NCBI RefSeq assembly: GCF_009914755.1
Contig: NC_060933.1
Reading direction: 5' to 3' (one strand)
DNA: 64,000 bases
Origin: the human T2T-CHM13v2.0 reference genome, Homo sapiens
In this document: positions 11,481 through 26,029 of the stretch, one piece after another
Numbering within the stretch: the first letter of the stretch is position 1
Layout of the letters: every line of letters starts with the position of its first letter
Made by a program: the position numbers and the translations under genes
Notes under the pieces: model-generated
Database searches by the model: none
What the model saw: only the letters and a program-made list of their open reading frames with translations
What the model was told of the DNA's origin: nothing

Positions 11481-14400
11481 AATCCATTCCATTCCATTCC
11501 ATTCCATTCAATTCCATTCCATTACAATTCGTTCCATTCCATTCTATTCCGTACCATTCCATTCCATTCCATACCATTCCATTCCATTCCATTCCATTCC
11601 ATTCCGTTCCATTCCGTTCCATTCCATTCCATTCCATTCTATTCGGATTAATTGCATTCCAATCCATTTCATTCCATTCTATTCCATTCCATTGCAATCG
11701 AGTTGAATCCATTGCATTTCATTCCATTCCATTCCATTCCATTCCATTCCGGAAGTTTCCATTCCATTGCATTCCATTCCATTCCATTCTATTCCATTCC
11801 ATTCCCTTCCTTTCCGTTCCATTCCATTCCATTCCATTCCTTTCCGTTCCGTTCCATTCCATTCCATTCCATTCTATTCGGGTTAATTCCATTCCATTCC
11901 ATTCGATTGCAATCGAGTTGATTCCATTCCATTCCATTCCATTCCATTCCATTCCATTCCATTCCTTTCCATTCCATTACGGATGATTCCATTCCATTGC
12001 ATTCCATTCCATTCCATTCCCCTGTACTCGGGTTGATTCCATTCCATTCCATTCCAATCCATGTCATTCCAGTCGTGTTGATTCCATTCTTTCCATTCCA
12101 TTCAAGTTGAATCCATTCCATTGCATTCCATTCCATTCGATTCCATTCGATTGCACTCGGGTTGATTCCATTCCATTGCATTCCATTCCATTCCATTCCA
12201 TTCCATTCCATTCCATTCCGTTCCATTCCATTCCATTACATTCGGATTGATTCTATTCAATTCCCTTACACTCCATTACATTCCATTCCATTCGGGTAGT
12301 TTCCATTCCATTCCATTCCATTCCTCTCCATTTCATTGAACTCGGGTTGATTCCATTCCATTGCATTCCATTCCATTTCATTCAATTCCATTCCGTTCCA
12401 TTCCATTCCATTACATTCGGATTGATTCTATTCAACTCCCCTAGTCTCCATTACATTCCATTCCATTCGGGTTGTTCCATTCCATTCCATTCCATTCCAT
12501 TCCACTCCATTCCATTGCACTCGGGTTGATTCCATTCCATTCCATTCCATTCCATTCCGGAAGATTCCATTCCATTGCATTCCATTCCATTCCATTCCCC
12601 TGCACTCGCGTTGATTCCATTCCATTCCATTCCATTCCATTCCATTCCATTCCATTCCAATCAGGTTGATTCCATTCCATTCCATTCCATTGCATTCCAT
12701 TCCATTCCACTCCATTCCAGTCCTTTCCATTCCATTCCACTCGGGTTGTTTCCAATGTATTCCTTTCCATTCCATTCCATTCCATTGCAATCGAGTTGAT
12801 TCCATTGCTTTGCATTCCATTCCATTCCATTCCATTCCGGATGATTCCATTCCATTGCATTCCATTCCATTCCATTCCCCTGCACTCGGGTTGATTCCAT
12901 TCCATTCCACTCCATTCCATTCCATTCCATTCCATTCCATTGTATTCCGGTTAATTCCATTCCATTCCATTCCATTCCATTCCATTCCATTCCATTACAA
13001 TCGAGTTGATTCCATTCCATTCCATTCCATTCCAGTCCTTTCCATTCCATTCCACTCGGGTTGATTCCATTCTATTAGTTTCCATTCCATTCCATTCCCT
13101 TCCATTCCACTCTGGTTGATTCCATTTCTTTCCATTCCACTTGAATACATTCCCTCCTTTTCTACTCGGAACGATTCCATTCCATTCCATTCCATTCCAT
13201 TCCATTCCATTCCATTCCATTCCGTTCCATTCCATTTCGTTCCATTCCATTCTATTCCCTATCATTCCATTCCATTCCATTCCATTCCATTCCATTGTAC
13301 TCGGGTTGATTCCATTCCATTGCATTCCATTCCATTCCATTCCATTCCATTCCGTTGCATTCCATTCCATTACGTTCTGATTGATTCTATTCAACTCACT
13401 TACTCTCCATTACATTCCATTCCATTCGGGTTGTTCCATTCCATTCCATTCCATTCCACTCCATTCCATTGCACTCGGGTTGATTCCATTCCATTCCATT
13501 CCATTCCATTCCATTTCGGATGATTCCATTCCATTGCATTCCGTTCCATTACATTCCCCTGCACTCACGTTGATTCCATTCCATTCCATTCCATTCCATT
13601 CCATTCAATTCCATTCCATTACAATTCGTTTCATTCCATTCTATTCCGTACCGTTCCATTCCATTCCATACCATTCCATTCCATTCCATTCCATTCCGTT
13701 CCATTCCATTCCTTTCCGTTCCATTCCGTTCCATTCCATTCTATTCGGATTAATTCCATTCCATTCCATTCCATTCCATTCTATTCCATTCCATTGCAAT
13801 CGAGTTGAATCCATTGCATTTCATTCCATTCCATTCCATTCCATTCCACTCCGGAAGTTTCCATTCCATTGCATTCCATTCCATTCCATTCCATTCAATT
13901 CCATTCCGTTCCATTCCATTCCATTACATTCGGATTGATTCTATTCAACTCCCTTAGTCTCCATTACATTCCATTCCATTCGGGTTGTTCCATTCCATTC
14001 CATTCCACTCCATTCCATTGCACTCGGGTTTATTCCATACCATTCCATTCCATTCCATTCAATTCCATTCCATTCCGGAAGATTCCATTCCATTGCATTC
14101 CATTCCATTCCATTCCCCTGCACTCGCGTTGATTCCATTCCATTCCATTCCATTCCATTCCATTCCATTCCGTTCCGTTCCATTCCATTCCATTCCATTC
14201 CATTCCATTCCGTTCCGTTCCATTCCTTTCCATTCCATTCTATTCGGGTTAATTCCATTCCATTCCATTCGATTGCAATCGAGTTGATTCCATTCCATTC
14301 CATTCCATTCCATTCCATTCCTTTCCATTGCATTACGGATGATTCCATTCCATTGCATTCCATTCCATTCCATTCCCCTGTACTCGGGTTGATTCCTTTC

Positions 14401-14769
14401 CATTCCATTCCAATCCATGCCATTCCACTCGTGTTGATTCCATTCTTTCCATTCCATTCAAGTTGAATCCATTCCATTGCATTCCATTCCATTCCATTCC
14501 CCTGCAGTCGGGTTGATTCCATTCCATTCCATTCCATTCCATTCCATTCCATTCCATTCCAATCAAGTTGATTCCATTCCATTCCATTCCATTGCATTCC
14601 ATTCCATTCCACTCCATTCCAGTCCTTTCCATTCCATTCCACTCGGGTTGATTCCATTCTATTAGTTTCCATTCCATTCCATTCCCTTCCATTCCACTCT
14701 GGTTGATTCCATTCCTTTCCATTCCACTCGAATACTTTCCCTCCTATTCCACTCGGAACGATTCCATTC

Positions 14770-15650
14770 CATTCCATTCCATTCCTTTCCATTCAATTCC
14801 ATTTCGTTCCATTCCATTCTATTCCGTATCATTCCATTCCATTCCATTCCATTCCATTCCATTCCATTCCATTCCATTGTACTCGGGTTGATTCCATTCC
14901 ATTGCATTCCATTCCATTCCATTCCATTCCATTCCGTTGCATTCCATTCCATTACATTCGGATTGATTCTATTCAACTCCCTTACTCTCCATTACATTCC
15001 ATTCCATTCGGGTTGTTCCATTCCATTCCATTCCATTCCACTCCATTCCATTGCACTCGGGTAGATTCCATTCCATTCCATTCCATTCCATTCCATTCCA
15101 TTCCATTCCGGATGATTCCATTCCATTGCATTCCGTTCCATTACATTCCCCTGCACTCGCGTTGATTCCATTCCATTCCATTCCATTCCATTCCATTCCA
15201 TTCAATTCCATTCCATTACAATTCGTTCCATTCCATTCTATTCCGTACCATTCCATTCCATTCCATACCATTCCATTCCATTCCATTCCATTCCATTCCG
15301 TTCCATTCCGTTCCATTCCATTCCATTCCATTCTATTCGGATTAATTGCATTCCATTCCATTTCATTCCATTCTATGACATTCCATTGCAATCGAGTTGA
15401 ATCCATTGCATTTCATTCCATTCCATTCCATTCCGGAAGTTTCCATTCCATTGCATTCCATTCCATTCCATTCCCCTGCACTCGCGTTGATTCCATTCCA
15501 TTCCATTCCATTACATTCCGTTCCGTTCCATTCCATTGCATTCCATTCCATTCCGTTCCATTCCATTCCATTCCATTCTATTCGGGTTAATTCCATTCCA
15601 TTCCATTCGATTGCAATCGAGTTGATTCCATTCCATTCCATTCCGTTCCA
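14770..15650 (+). repeat. Duplicated block, homologous to ~16750-17670 (offset ~1982)
   Basis: Shared variants TTCCTTTCCATTCAATTCCATTTCG, CGGATTAATTGCATT, CCGGAAGTTTCC. ORF ends 14976/16958 and 15165/17147 both differ by 1982. Confidence 0.8.
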
Positions 15651-18600
15651 TTCCATTCCATTACATTCGGATTGATTCTATTCAATTCCCTTACACTCCA
15701 TTACATTCCATTCCATTCGGGTAGTTTCCATTCCATTCCATTCCATTCCTCTCCATTCCATTGCACTCGGGTTGATTCCATTCCATTGCATTCCATTCCA
15801 TTCCATTCAATTCCATTCCGTTCCATTCCATTCCATTACATTCAGATTGATTCTATTCAACTCCCTTACTCTCCATTACATTCCATTCCATTCGGGTTGT
15901 TCCATTCCATTCCATTCCATTCCACTCCATTCCATTGCACTCGGGTTGATTCCATTCCATTCCATTCCAAACCATTACATTCCATTCCATTCCGGAAGAT
16001 TCCATTCCATTGCATTGCATTCCATTCCATTCCCCTGCACTCACGTTGATTCCATTCCATTCCATTCTATTCCATTCCATTCCCTTCCTTTCCGTTCCAT
16101 TCCATTCCATTCCATTCCATTCTGTTCCGTTCCATTCCATTCTATTCGGGTTAATTCCATTCCATTCCATTCGATTGCAATCGAGTTGATTCCATTCCAT
16201 TCCATTCCATTCCATTCCATTCCATTCCATTCCTTTCCATTCCATTACGGATGATTCCATTCCATTGCATTCCATTCCATTCCATTCCCCTGTACTCGGG
16301 TTGATTCCATTCCATTCCATTACAATCCATGTCATTCCACTCGTGTTGATTCCATTCTTTCCATTCCATTCAAGTTGAATCCATTCCATTGCATTCCATT
16401 CCATTCGATTCCATTCGATTGCACTCGGGTTGATTCCATTCCATTGCATTCCATTCCATTCCATTCCATTCCATTCCATTCCATTCCGTTCCATTCCATT
16501 CCATTACATTCGGATTGATTCTATTCAATTCCCTTACACTCCATTACATTCCATTCCATTCGGGTAGTTTCCATTCCATTCCATTCCATTCCTCTCCATT
16601 TCATTGAACTCGGGTTGATTCCATTCCATTGCATTCCATTCCATTCCATTCCATTCTGGAAGATTCCATTCCATTGCATTCCATTCCATTCCATTCCCCT
16701 GCACTCGCGTTGATTCCATTCCATTCCATTCCGTTCCATTCCATTCCATTCCATTCCATTCCATTCCTTTCCATTCAATTCCATTTCGTTCCATTCCATT
16801 CTATTCCGTATCATTCCATTCCATTCCATTCCATTCCATTCCATTCCATTCCATTCCATTGTACTCGGGTTGATTCCATTCCATTGCATTCCATTCCATT
16901 CCATTCCATTCCATTCCGTTGCATTCCATTCCATTACATTCGGATTGATTCTATTCAACTCCCTTACTCTCCATTACATTCCATTCCATTCGGGTTGTTC
17001 CATTCCATTCCATTCCATTCCACTCCATTCCATTGCACTCGGGTTGATTCCATTCCATTCCATTCCATTCCATTCCATTCCATTCCATTCCGGATGATTC
17101 CATTCCATTGCATTCCGTTCCATTACATTCCCCTGCACTCGCGTTGATTCCATTCCATTCCATTCCATTCCATTCCATTCAATTCCATTCCATTACAATT
17201 CGTTCCATTCCATTCTATTCCGTACCATTCCATTCCATTCCATACCATTCCATTCCATTCCATTCCATTCCATACCATTCCATTCCATTCCATTTCATTC
17301 CATTCCGTTCCATTCCGTTCCATTCCATTCCATTCCATTCTATTCGGATTAATTGCATTCCATTCCATTTCATTCCATTCTATTCCATTCCATTGCAATC
17401 GAGTTGAATCCATTGCATTTCATTCCATTCCATTGCATTCCATTCCATTCCATTCCGGAAGTTTCCATTCCATTGCATTCCATTCCATTCCATTCCCCTG
17501 CACTCGCGTTGATTCCATTCCATTCCATGCCATTCCATTCCGTTCCGTTCCATTCCATTGCATTCCATTCCGTTCCGTTCCATTCCATTCCATTCCATTC
17601 TATTCGGGTTAATTCCATTCCATTCCATTCGATTGCAATCGAGTTGATTCCATTCCATTCCATTCCATTCCATTCCATTCCATTCCATTCCTTTCCATTC
17701 CATTACGGATGATTCCATTCCATTGCATTCCATTCCATTCCATTCCCCTGTACTCGGGTTGATTCCATTCCATTCCATTCCAATCCATGCCATTCCACTC
17801 GTGTTGATTCCATTCTTTCCATTCCATTCAAGTTGATTCCATTCCATTGCATTCCATTCCATTCGATTCCATTCGATTGCACTCGGGTTGATTCCATTCC
17901 ATTGCATTCCATTCCATTCCATTCCATTCCATTCCATTCCATTCCGTTCCATTCCATTCCATTACATTCGGATTGATTCTATTCAATTCCCTTACACTCC
18001 ATTACATTCCATTCCATTCGGGTAGTTTCCATTCCATTCCATTCCATTCCTCTCCATTCCATTGCACTCGGGTTGATTCCATTCCATTGCATTCCATTCC
18101 ATTCCATTCAATTCCATTCCACTCCATTCCATTCCATTGTATTCGGGTTAATTCCATTCCATTCCATTCCATTCCATTCCATTCCATTACAATCGAGTTG
18201 ATTCCATTCCATTCCACTCCATTCCATTCCATTCCATTCCATTCCATTCCATTGTATTCGGGTTAATTCCATTCCATTCCATTCCATTCCATTCCATTCC
18301 ATTACAATCGAGTTGATTCCATTCCATTCCATTCCATTCCAGTCCTTTCCATTCCATTCCACTCGGGTTGATTCCATTCTATTAGTTTCCATTCCATTCC
18401 ATTCCCTTCCATTGTATTCGGGTTAATTCCATTCCATTCCATTCCATTCCATTCCATTCCATTCCATTCCATTCCATTACAAACGAGTTGATTCCATTCC
18501 ATTCCATTCCATTCCAGTCCTTTCCATTCCATTCCACTCGGGTTGATTCCATTCTATTAGTTTCCATTCCATTCCATTCCCTTCCATTCCACTCTGGTTG

Positions 18601-21600
18601 ATTCCATTCCTTTCCATTCCTCTCGCATACTTTCCCTCCTATTCCACTCGGAACGATTCCATTCCATTCCATTCGATTCCTTTCCATTCAATTCCATTTC
18701 GTTCCATTCCATTCTATTCCGTATCATTCCATTCCATTCCATTCCATTCCATTCCATTCCATTGCAATCGAGTTGATTCCATTCCATTCCATTCCATTCC
18801 ATTCCATTCCATTCCATTCCTTTCCATTCCATTACGGATGATTCCATTCCATTGCATTCCATTCCATTCCATTCCCCTGTACTCGGGTTGATTCCATTCC
18901 ATTTCATTGCAATCCATGTCATTCCACTCGTGTTGATTCCATTCTTTCCATTCCATTCAAGTTGAATCCATTCCATTGCATTCCATTCCATTTGATTCCA
19001 TTTGATTGCACTCGGGTTGATTCCATTCCATTGCATTCCATTCCATTCCATTCCATTCCATTCCATTCCGTTCCATTCCATTCCATTACATTCGGATTGA
19101 TTCTATTCAATTCCCTTACACTCCATTACATTCCATTCCATTCGGGTAGTTTCCATTCCATTCCATTCCATTCCTCTCCATTTCATTGAACTCGGGTTGA
19201 TTCCATTCCATTGCATTCCATTCCATTCCATTCCATTCCATTCCGTTCCATTCCATTCCATTACATTCGGATTGATTCTATTCAACTCCCTTACTCTCCA
19301 TTACATTCCATTCCATTCGGGTTGTTCCATTCCATTCCATTCCATTCCACTCCATTCCATTGCACTCGGGTTGATTCCATTCCATTCCATTCCATTCCAT
19401 TCCATTGCGGAAGATTCCATTCCATTGAATTCCATTCCATTCCATTCCCCTGCACTCGCGTTGATTCCATTCCATTCCATTCAATTCCATTCCATTCCAT
19501 TCCGTTCCGTTCCGTTCCGTTCCGTTCCATTCCATTCCATTCCATTCCATTCCATTCCGTTCCGTTCCATTCCATTCCATTCCATTCTATTTGGGTTAAT
19601 TCCATTCCATTCCATTCGATTGCAATCGAGTTGATTCCATTCCGTTCCATTCCATTCCATTCCATTCCATTCCATTCCATTCCATTCCATTCCATTCCAT
19701 TCCTTTCCATTCCATTACGGATGATTCCATTCCATTGCATTCCATTCCATTCCATTCCCCTTTACTCGGGTTGATTCCATTCCATTCCATTCCAATCCAT
19801 GCCATTCCACTCGTGTTGATTGCATTCTTTCCATTCCATTCAAGTTGAATCCATTCCATTGCATTGCATTCCATTCGATTCCATTCGATTGCACTCGGGG
19901 TGATTCCATTCCATTCCATTCCATTCCATTCCATTCCATTCCATTCCATTACATTCGGATTGATTCTATTCAATTCCCTTACACTCCATTACATTCCATT
20001 CCATTCGGGTAGTTTCCATTCCATTCCATTCCATTCCTCTCCATTCCATTGCACTCGGGTTGATTCCATTCCATTGCATTCCATTCCATTCCATTCAATT
20101 CCATTCCGTTGCATTCCATTCCATTACATTCGGAATGATTCTATTCAACTCCTTTACTCTCCATTACATTCCATTCCATTCGGGTTGTTCCATTCCATTC
20201 CATTCCATTCCACTCCATTCCATTGCACTCGTGTTGCATCCATTCCATTCCATTCCATTCCATTCTGGAAGATTCCATTCCATTCCATTCCATTCCATTC
20301 CATTCCATTCCATTGCAATCAGTTGATTCCATTGCATTCCATTCCATTTTATTCTATTCGGGTTAATTCCATTCCATTCCATTCGTTTGCAATAGAGTTG
20401 ATTCCATTCCATTCCATTCCATTCCATTCCTTTCCATTACATTACGGATGATTCCATTCCATTTCATTCCATTCCATTCCATTCCCCTGTACTCGGGTTG
20501 ATTCCATTCCATTCCATTCCAATCGAAGCCATTCCACTCGTGTTGATTCCATTCTTTCCATTCCAATCAAGTTGAATCCATTCCATTGCATTCCATTCCA
20601 TTCGATACCATTCGATTGCACTCGGGTTGATTCCATGGCATTGCATTCCATTCCATTCCATTCCATTCCATTCCATTCCATTCCATTCCATTCCTTTCCA
20701 TTCCATTCCATTCGGATTCATTCTATTCAATTCCCTTACACTCCATTACAATCGATTCGATTCTTGTAGTTTCCATTCCATTCCATTCCATTCCTCTCCA
20801 TTCCATTGCACTCGGGTTGATTCCATTCCATTCCATTCCATTCCATTCCATTCCATTCCATTCCGGATGATTCCATTCCATTGCATTCCGTTCCATTACA
20901 TTCCCCTGCACTCGCGTTGATTCCATTCCATTCCATTCCATTCCATTCCATTCAATTCCATTCCATTACAATTCGTTCCATTCCATTCTATTCCGTACCA
21001 TTCCATTCCATTCCATACCATTCCAATCCATTCCATTCCATTCCATACCATTCCATTCCATTCCATTCCATTCCATTCCATTCCATTCCATTCCATTCCG
21101 TTCCATTCCGTTCCATTCCATTCCATTCCACTCTATTCGGATTAATTGCATTCCATTCCATTTCATTCCATTCCATTCCATTCCATTCCATTCTTTCCAT
21201 TCCATTCAAGTTGAATCCATTCCATTGCATTCCATTCCATTCCATTCCCCTGCAGTCGGGTTGATTCCATTCCATTCCATTCGACTGCAATCGAGTTGAT
21301 TCCATTCCATTCCATTCCATTCCATTCCATTCCATTCCTTTCCATTCCATTACGGATGATTCCATTCCATTGCATTCCATTCCATTCCATTCCCCTGTAC
21401 TCGAGTTGATTCCATTCCATTGCATTCCAATCCATGCCCTTCCACTCGTGTTGATTCCATTCTTTCCATTCCATTCAAGTTGAATCCATTCCATTGCATT
21501 CCATTCCATTCGATTCCATTCGATTGCACTCGGGTTGATTCCATTCCATTCCATTCCATTCCATTCCATTCCGTTCCTTTCCATTCCATTACATTCGGAT

Positions 21601-24600
21601 TGATTCTATTCAATTCCCTTACACTCCATTACATTCCATTCCATTCGGGTAGTTTCCATTCCATTCCATTCCATTCCTCTCCATTCCATTGCACTCGGGT
21701 TGATTCCATTCCATTGCATTCCATTCCATTCCATTCAATTCCATTCCATTCCATTCCATTCCATTACATTCGGATTGACTCTATTCAACTCCCTTACTCT
21801 CCATTCCATTCCATTCCATTCGGGTTGTTCCATTCCATTCCATTCCATTCCACTCCATTCCATTGCACTCGGGTTTATTCCATTGCATTCCATTCCATTC
21901 CATTCCATTCCATTCCATTCCGGAAGCTTCCATTCCATTGCATTCCATTCCATTCCATTCCCCTGCACTCGCGTTGATTGCAATCCATTCCATTCCATTC
22001 CATTCCATTCCATTCCATTCCTTTCCGTTCCATTCCATTCCATTCCATTCCATTCCGTTCCGTTCCGTTCTGTTCCGTTCCATTCCATTCCATTCCATTC
22101 TATTCGGGTTAATTCCATTCCATTCCATTCAATTCCATTCCATTCCATTCCATTCCATTACAATCGAGTTGATTCCATTCCATTCCATTCCATTCCAGTC
22201 CTTTCCATTCCATTCCACTCGGGTTGATTCCATTCTATTATTTTCCATTCCAATCCATTCCCTTCCATTCCACTCTGGTTGATTCCATTCCTTTCCATTC
22301 CACTCGAATACATTCCCTCCTATTCCACACGGAACGATTCCATTCCATTCCATTCCATTCCATTCCATTCCATTCCAGTTCGTTCCATTCCATTCTATTC
22401 CGTACCATTCCATTCCATTCCATTCCTTTCCATTCCATTCCTTTCCACTCGTGTTGATTCCATTCCTTTCCATTCTTTCGGTTTGAAGGCATTCCATTCC
22501 ATTCCATTCCATTCCATTCCATTCCATTCCATTCTCTTCCATTCCATTGCAATCGGGTTTAATCCATTGCCTTTCATTCCATTCCATTCCATTCCATTCC
22601 ATTCCGGAAGTTTCCATTCCATTACATTCCATTCCATTCCATTCCCCTGCACTCGCGTTGATTCCATTCCATTCCATTCCATTCCATTCCGTTCCGTTCC
22701 ATTCCATTCCATTCCATTCCGTTCCGTTCCATTCCATTCCATTCCATTCTATTCGGGTTAATTCCATTGCATTCCATTCGATTGCCATCGAGTTGATTCC
22801 ATTCCATTCCATTCCATACCATTCCATTCCATTCCATTCTTTCCATTCCATTACGGATGACTCCATTCCATTGCATTCCATTCCATTCCATTCCCCTGTA
22901 CTCGGGTTGATTATATTCCATTCCATTCCACTCCATTCGGTTCCGTTGCATTCCATTCTATTGCATTCCATTCTATTCGGGTTAATTCCATGCCGTTCTA
23001 TTCCATTCCATTCCATTCCATTCCATTGCAATGGAGTTGATTCCATTCCACTCCATTCCATTCCGGATTATTCCATTCCATTGCATTCCATTCCATTCCA
23101 TTCCCCTGCACTCGTGTTGATTCCATTCCGTTCCATTCCATTCCATTCCATTCCATTGCAATCGAGTTGATTCCATTCCATTCCTTTCCATTCCATTCCA
23201 TTGCCTTTCATTCCACTCGGGTTGATTCCATTCCCTTCTTTCCACTCCATTACATTCCCTTCCATTCCACTCGGAATGATTGATTCCATTCCATTCCATT
23301 CCATTTCATTCCATTGCAATCCATTCCAATCCATTCCATTCCATTACTTTCCACTCCATTCCACTCGAGTTGACTTCATTCCATTCCTTTCCATTCCATT
23401 CCATTCCATTCCTTTCCACTCGAGTTGATTCCATTCCATTCCAATCCATTGCATTCCATTCCATGCCATTCCACTCGGGTTGATTCCATTCCTTTGCATT
23501 CCATTCCATTCCATTCCATTGCATTCCATTCCATTCCATTCCGTTGCATTCCATTCCATTACATTCGGATTGATTCTATTCAACTCCCTTACTCTCCATT
23601 ACATTCCATTCCATTCGGGTTGTTCCATTCCATTCCATTCCATTCCACTCCATTCCATTGCACTCGGGTTGATTCCATTCCATTCCATTCCATTCCATTC
23701 CATTCCGGATGATTCCATTCCATTGCATTCCGTTCCATTACATTCCCCTGCACTCGGGTTGATACCATTCCATTCCATTCCATTCCTTTCCATTCCGGAT
23801 GATTCCATTCCATCGCATTCCATTCCATTCCATTCCCCTGCACTCGGGTTGATTACATTCCATTTCCTTCCCTTCCATTCCTTTCCATTCCATTCCATTC
23901 CATTCTATTCGGGTGAATTCCATTCCATTCCATTCCATTCCATTCCATTCCATTCCATTCCATTGTAATCGAGTTGATTCCATTCCATTCAATTCCATTC
24001 CGTTGCGGATGATTCCATTCCATTCCATTCCATTCCATTTCATTCCATTCCATTCCATTCCATTCCCCTGCAGTCGGGTTGACTCCATTCCATTCCATTC
24101 CATTCCATTCCATTCCATTCCATTCCATTCCGTTCCGTTCAATTCCATGCCATTCCATTCTATTCGGGTTAATTCCATTCCATTCCATTCCATTCCATTC
24201 TATTCCATTCCATTCCAATCGAGTTGATTCCATTCCATTCCATTCCATTCCACTCCATTCAAGTCCTTTCCATTCCATAACACTCGGGTTGATTCCATTC
24301 TATTCCTTTCCACTCCATTCCATTCCATTGCAATTGAGTTGATTCCATTGCTTTGCATTCCATTCCATTCCATTCCATTCCGGATGATTCCATTCCATTG
24401 CATTCCATTCCATTCCATTCTCCTGCACTCGGGTTGATTCCATTCCATTCCACTCCATTCCGTTCCATTCCATTCCATTCCATTTTATTCGGGTTAATTC
24501 CATTCCATTCCATTCCATTCCATTCCATTCCATTCCATTCCATTACAATCGAGTTGATTCCATTCCATTCCATTCCATTCCATTCCATTCCATTCCAGTC

Positions 24601-26029
24601 CTTTCCATTCCATTCCAATCGGCTTGATTCCATTCTATTAGTTTCCATTCCATTCCATTCCCTTCCATTCCACTCTGGTTGATTCCATTCCTTTCCATTC
24701 CACTCGAATACATTCCCTCCTATTCCACTCGGAACGATTCCATTCCATTCCATTCCATTCCATTCCATTCCATTCCAGTTCGTTCCATTCCGTTCTATTC
24801 CGTACCATTCCATTCCATTCCATTCCTTTCCATTCCATTCCTTTCCACTCGTGTTGATTCCATTCCTTTCCATTCCATTCGGTTTGAAGGCATTCCATTC
24901 CATTCAAATCCATTCCATTCCATTCCATTCCATTCCATTCCATTCTATTCCATTCCATTGCAATCGAGTTGAATCCATTGCCTTTCATTCCATTCCATTC
25001 CATTCCATTCCATTCCGGAAGATTCCATTCCATTGCATTCCATTCCATTCCATTCCCCTGCACTCGCGTTGATTCCATTCCATTCCATTCCATTCCATTT
25101 TGTTCCGTTCCATTCCATTCCATTCCATTCCATTCCATTCCGTTCCGTTCCATTCCATTCCATTCCATTCTATTCGGGTTAATTCCATTCCATTCCATTC
25201 GATTGCCATCGAGTTGATTCCATTCCATTCCATTCCCTTCCATTCCATTCCATTCCATTCCATTCCTTTCCATTCCATTACGGTTGACTCCATTCCATTG
25301 CATTCCATTCCATTCCATTCCTCTGTACTCGGGTTGATTCCATTCCATTCCATTCCACTCCATTCGGTTCCATTGCATTCCATTCTATTGCATTCCATTC
25401 TATTCGGGTTAATTCCATTCCATTCTATTCCATTCCATTCCATTCCATTCCATTCCATTGCAATGGAGTTGATTCCATTCCATTCCATTCCATTCCAGAT
25501 GATTCCATTCCATTGCATTCCATTCCATTCCATTCCCCTGCACTCGTGTTGATTCCATTCCCTTCCATTCCATTCCATTCCGTTCCATTCCATTCCATTC
25601 CATTCTATTCCGGTTAATTGCATTCCATTCCAATCCATTCCATTCCATTCCATTCCATTCCATTCCATTGCAATCGAGTTGATTCCATTCCATTCCTTTC
25701 CATTCCATTCCATTGCCTTGCATTCCACTCGGGTTGATTCCATTCCTTTCTTTCCACTCCATTACATTCCCTTCCATGATTGATTCCATTCCATTCCATT
25801 CCATTTCATTCCATTGTAATCCATTCCAATCCATTCCATTCCATTCCTTTCCACTTGAGTTGACTTCATTCCATTCCTTTCCATTCTATTCCATTCCTTT
25901 CCACTCGAGTTGATTCCATTCCATTCCAATCCATTGCATTCCATTCCATGCCATTCCACTCGGGTTGATTCCATTCCTTTGCATTCCATTCCATTCCATT
26001 CCATTCCATTCCATTCCATTCCATTCCAT

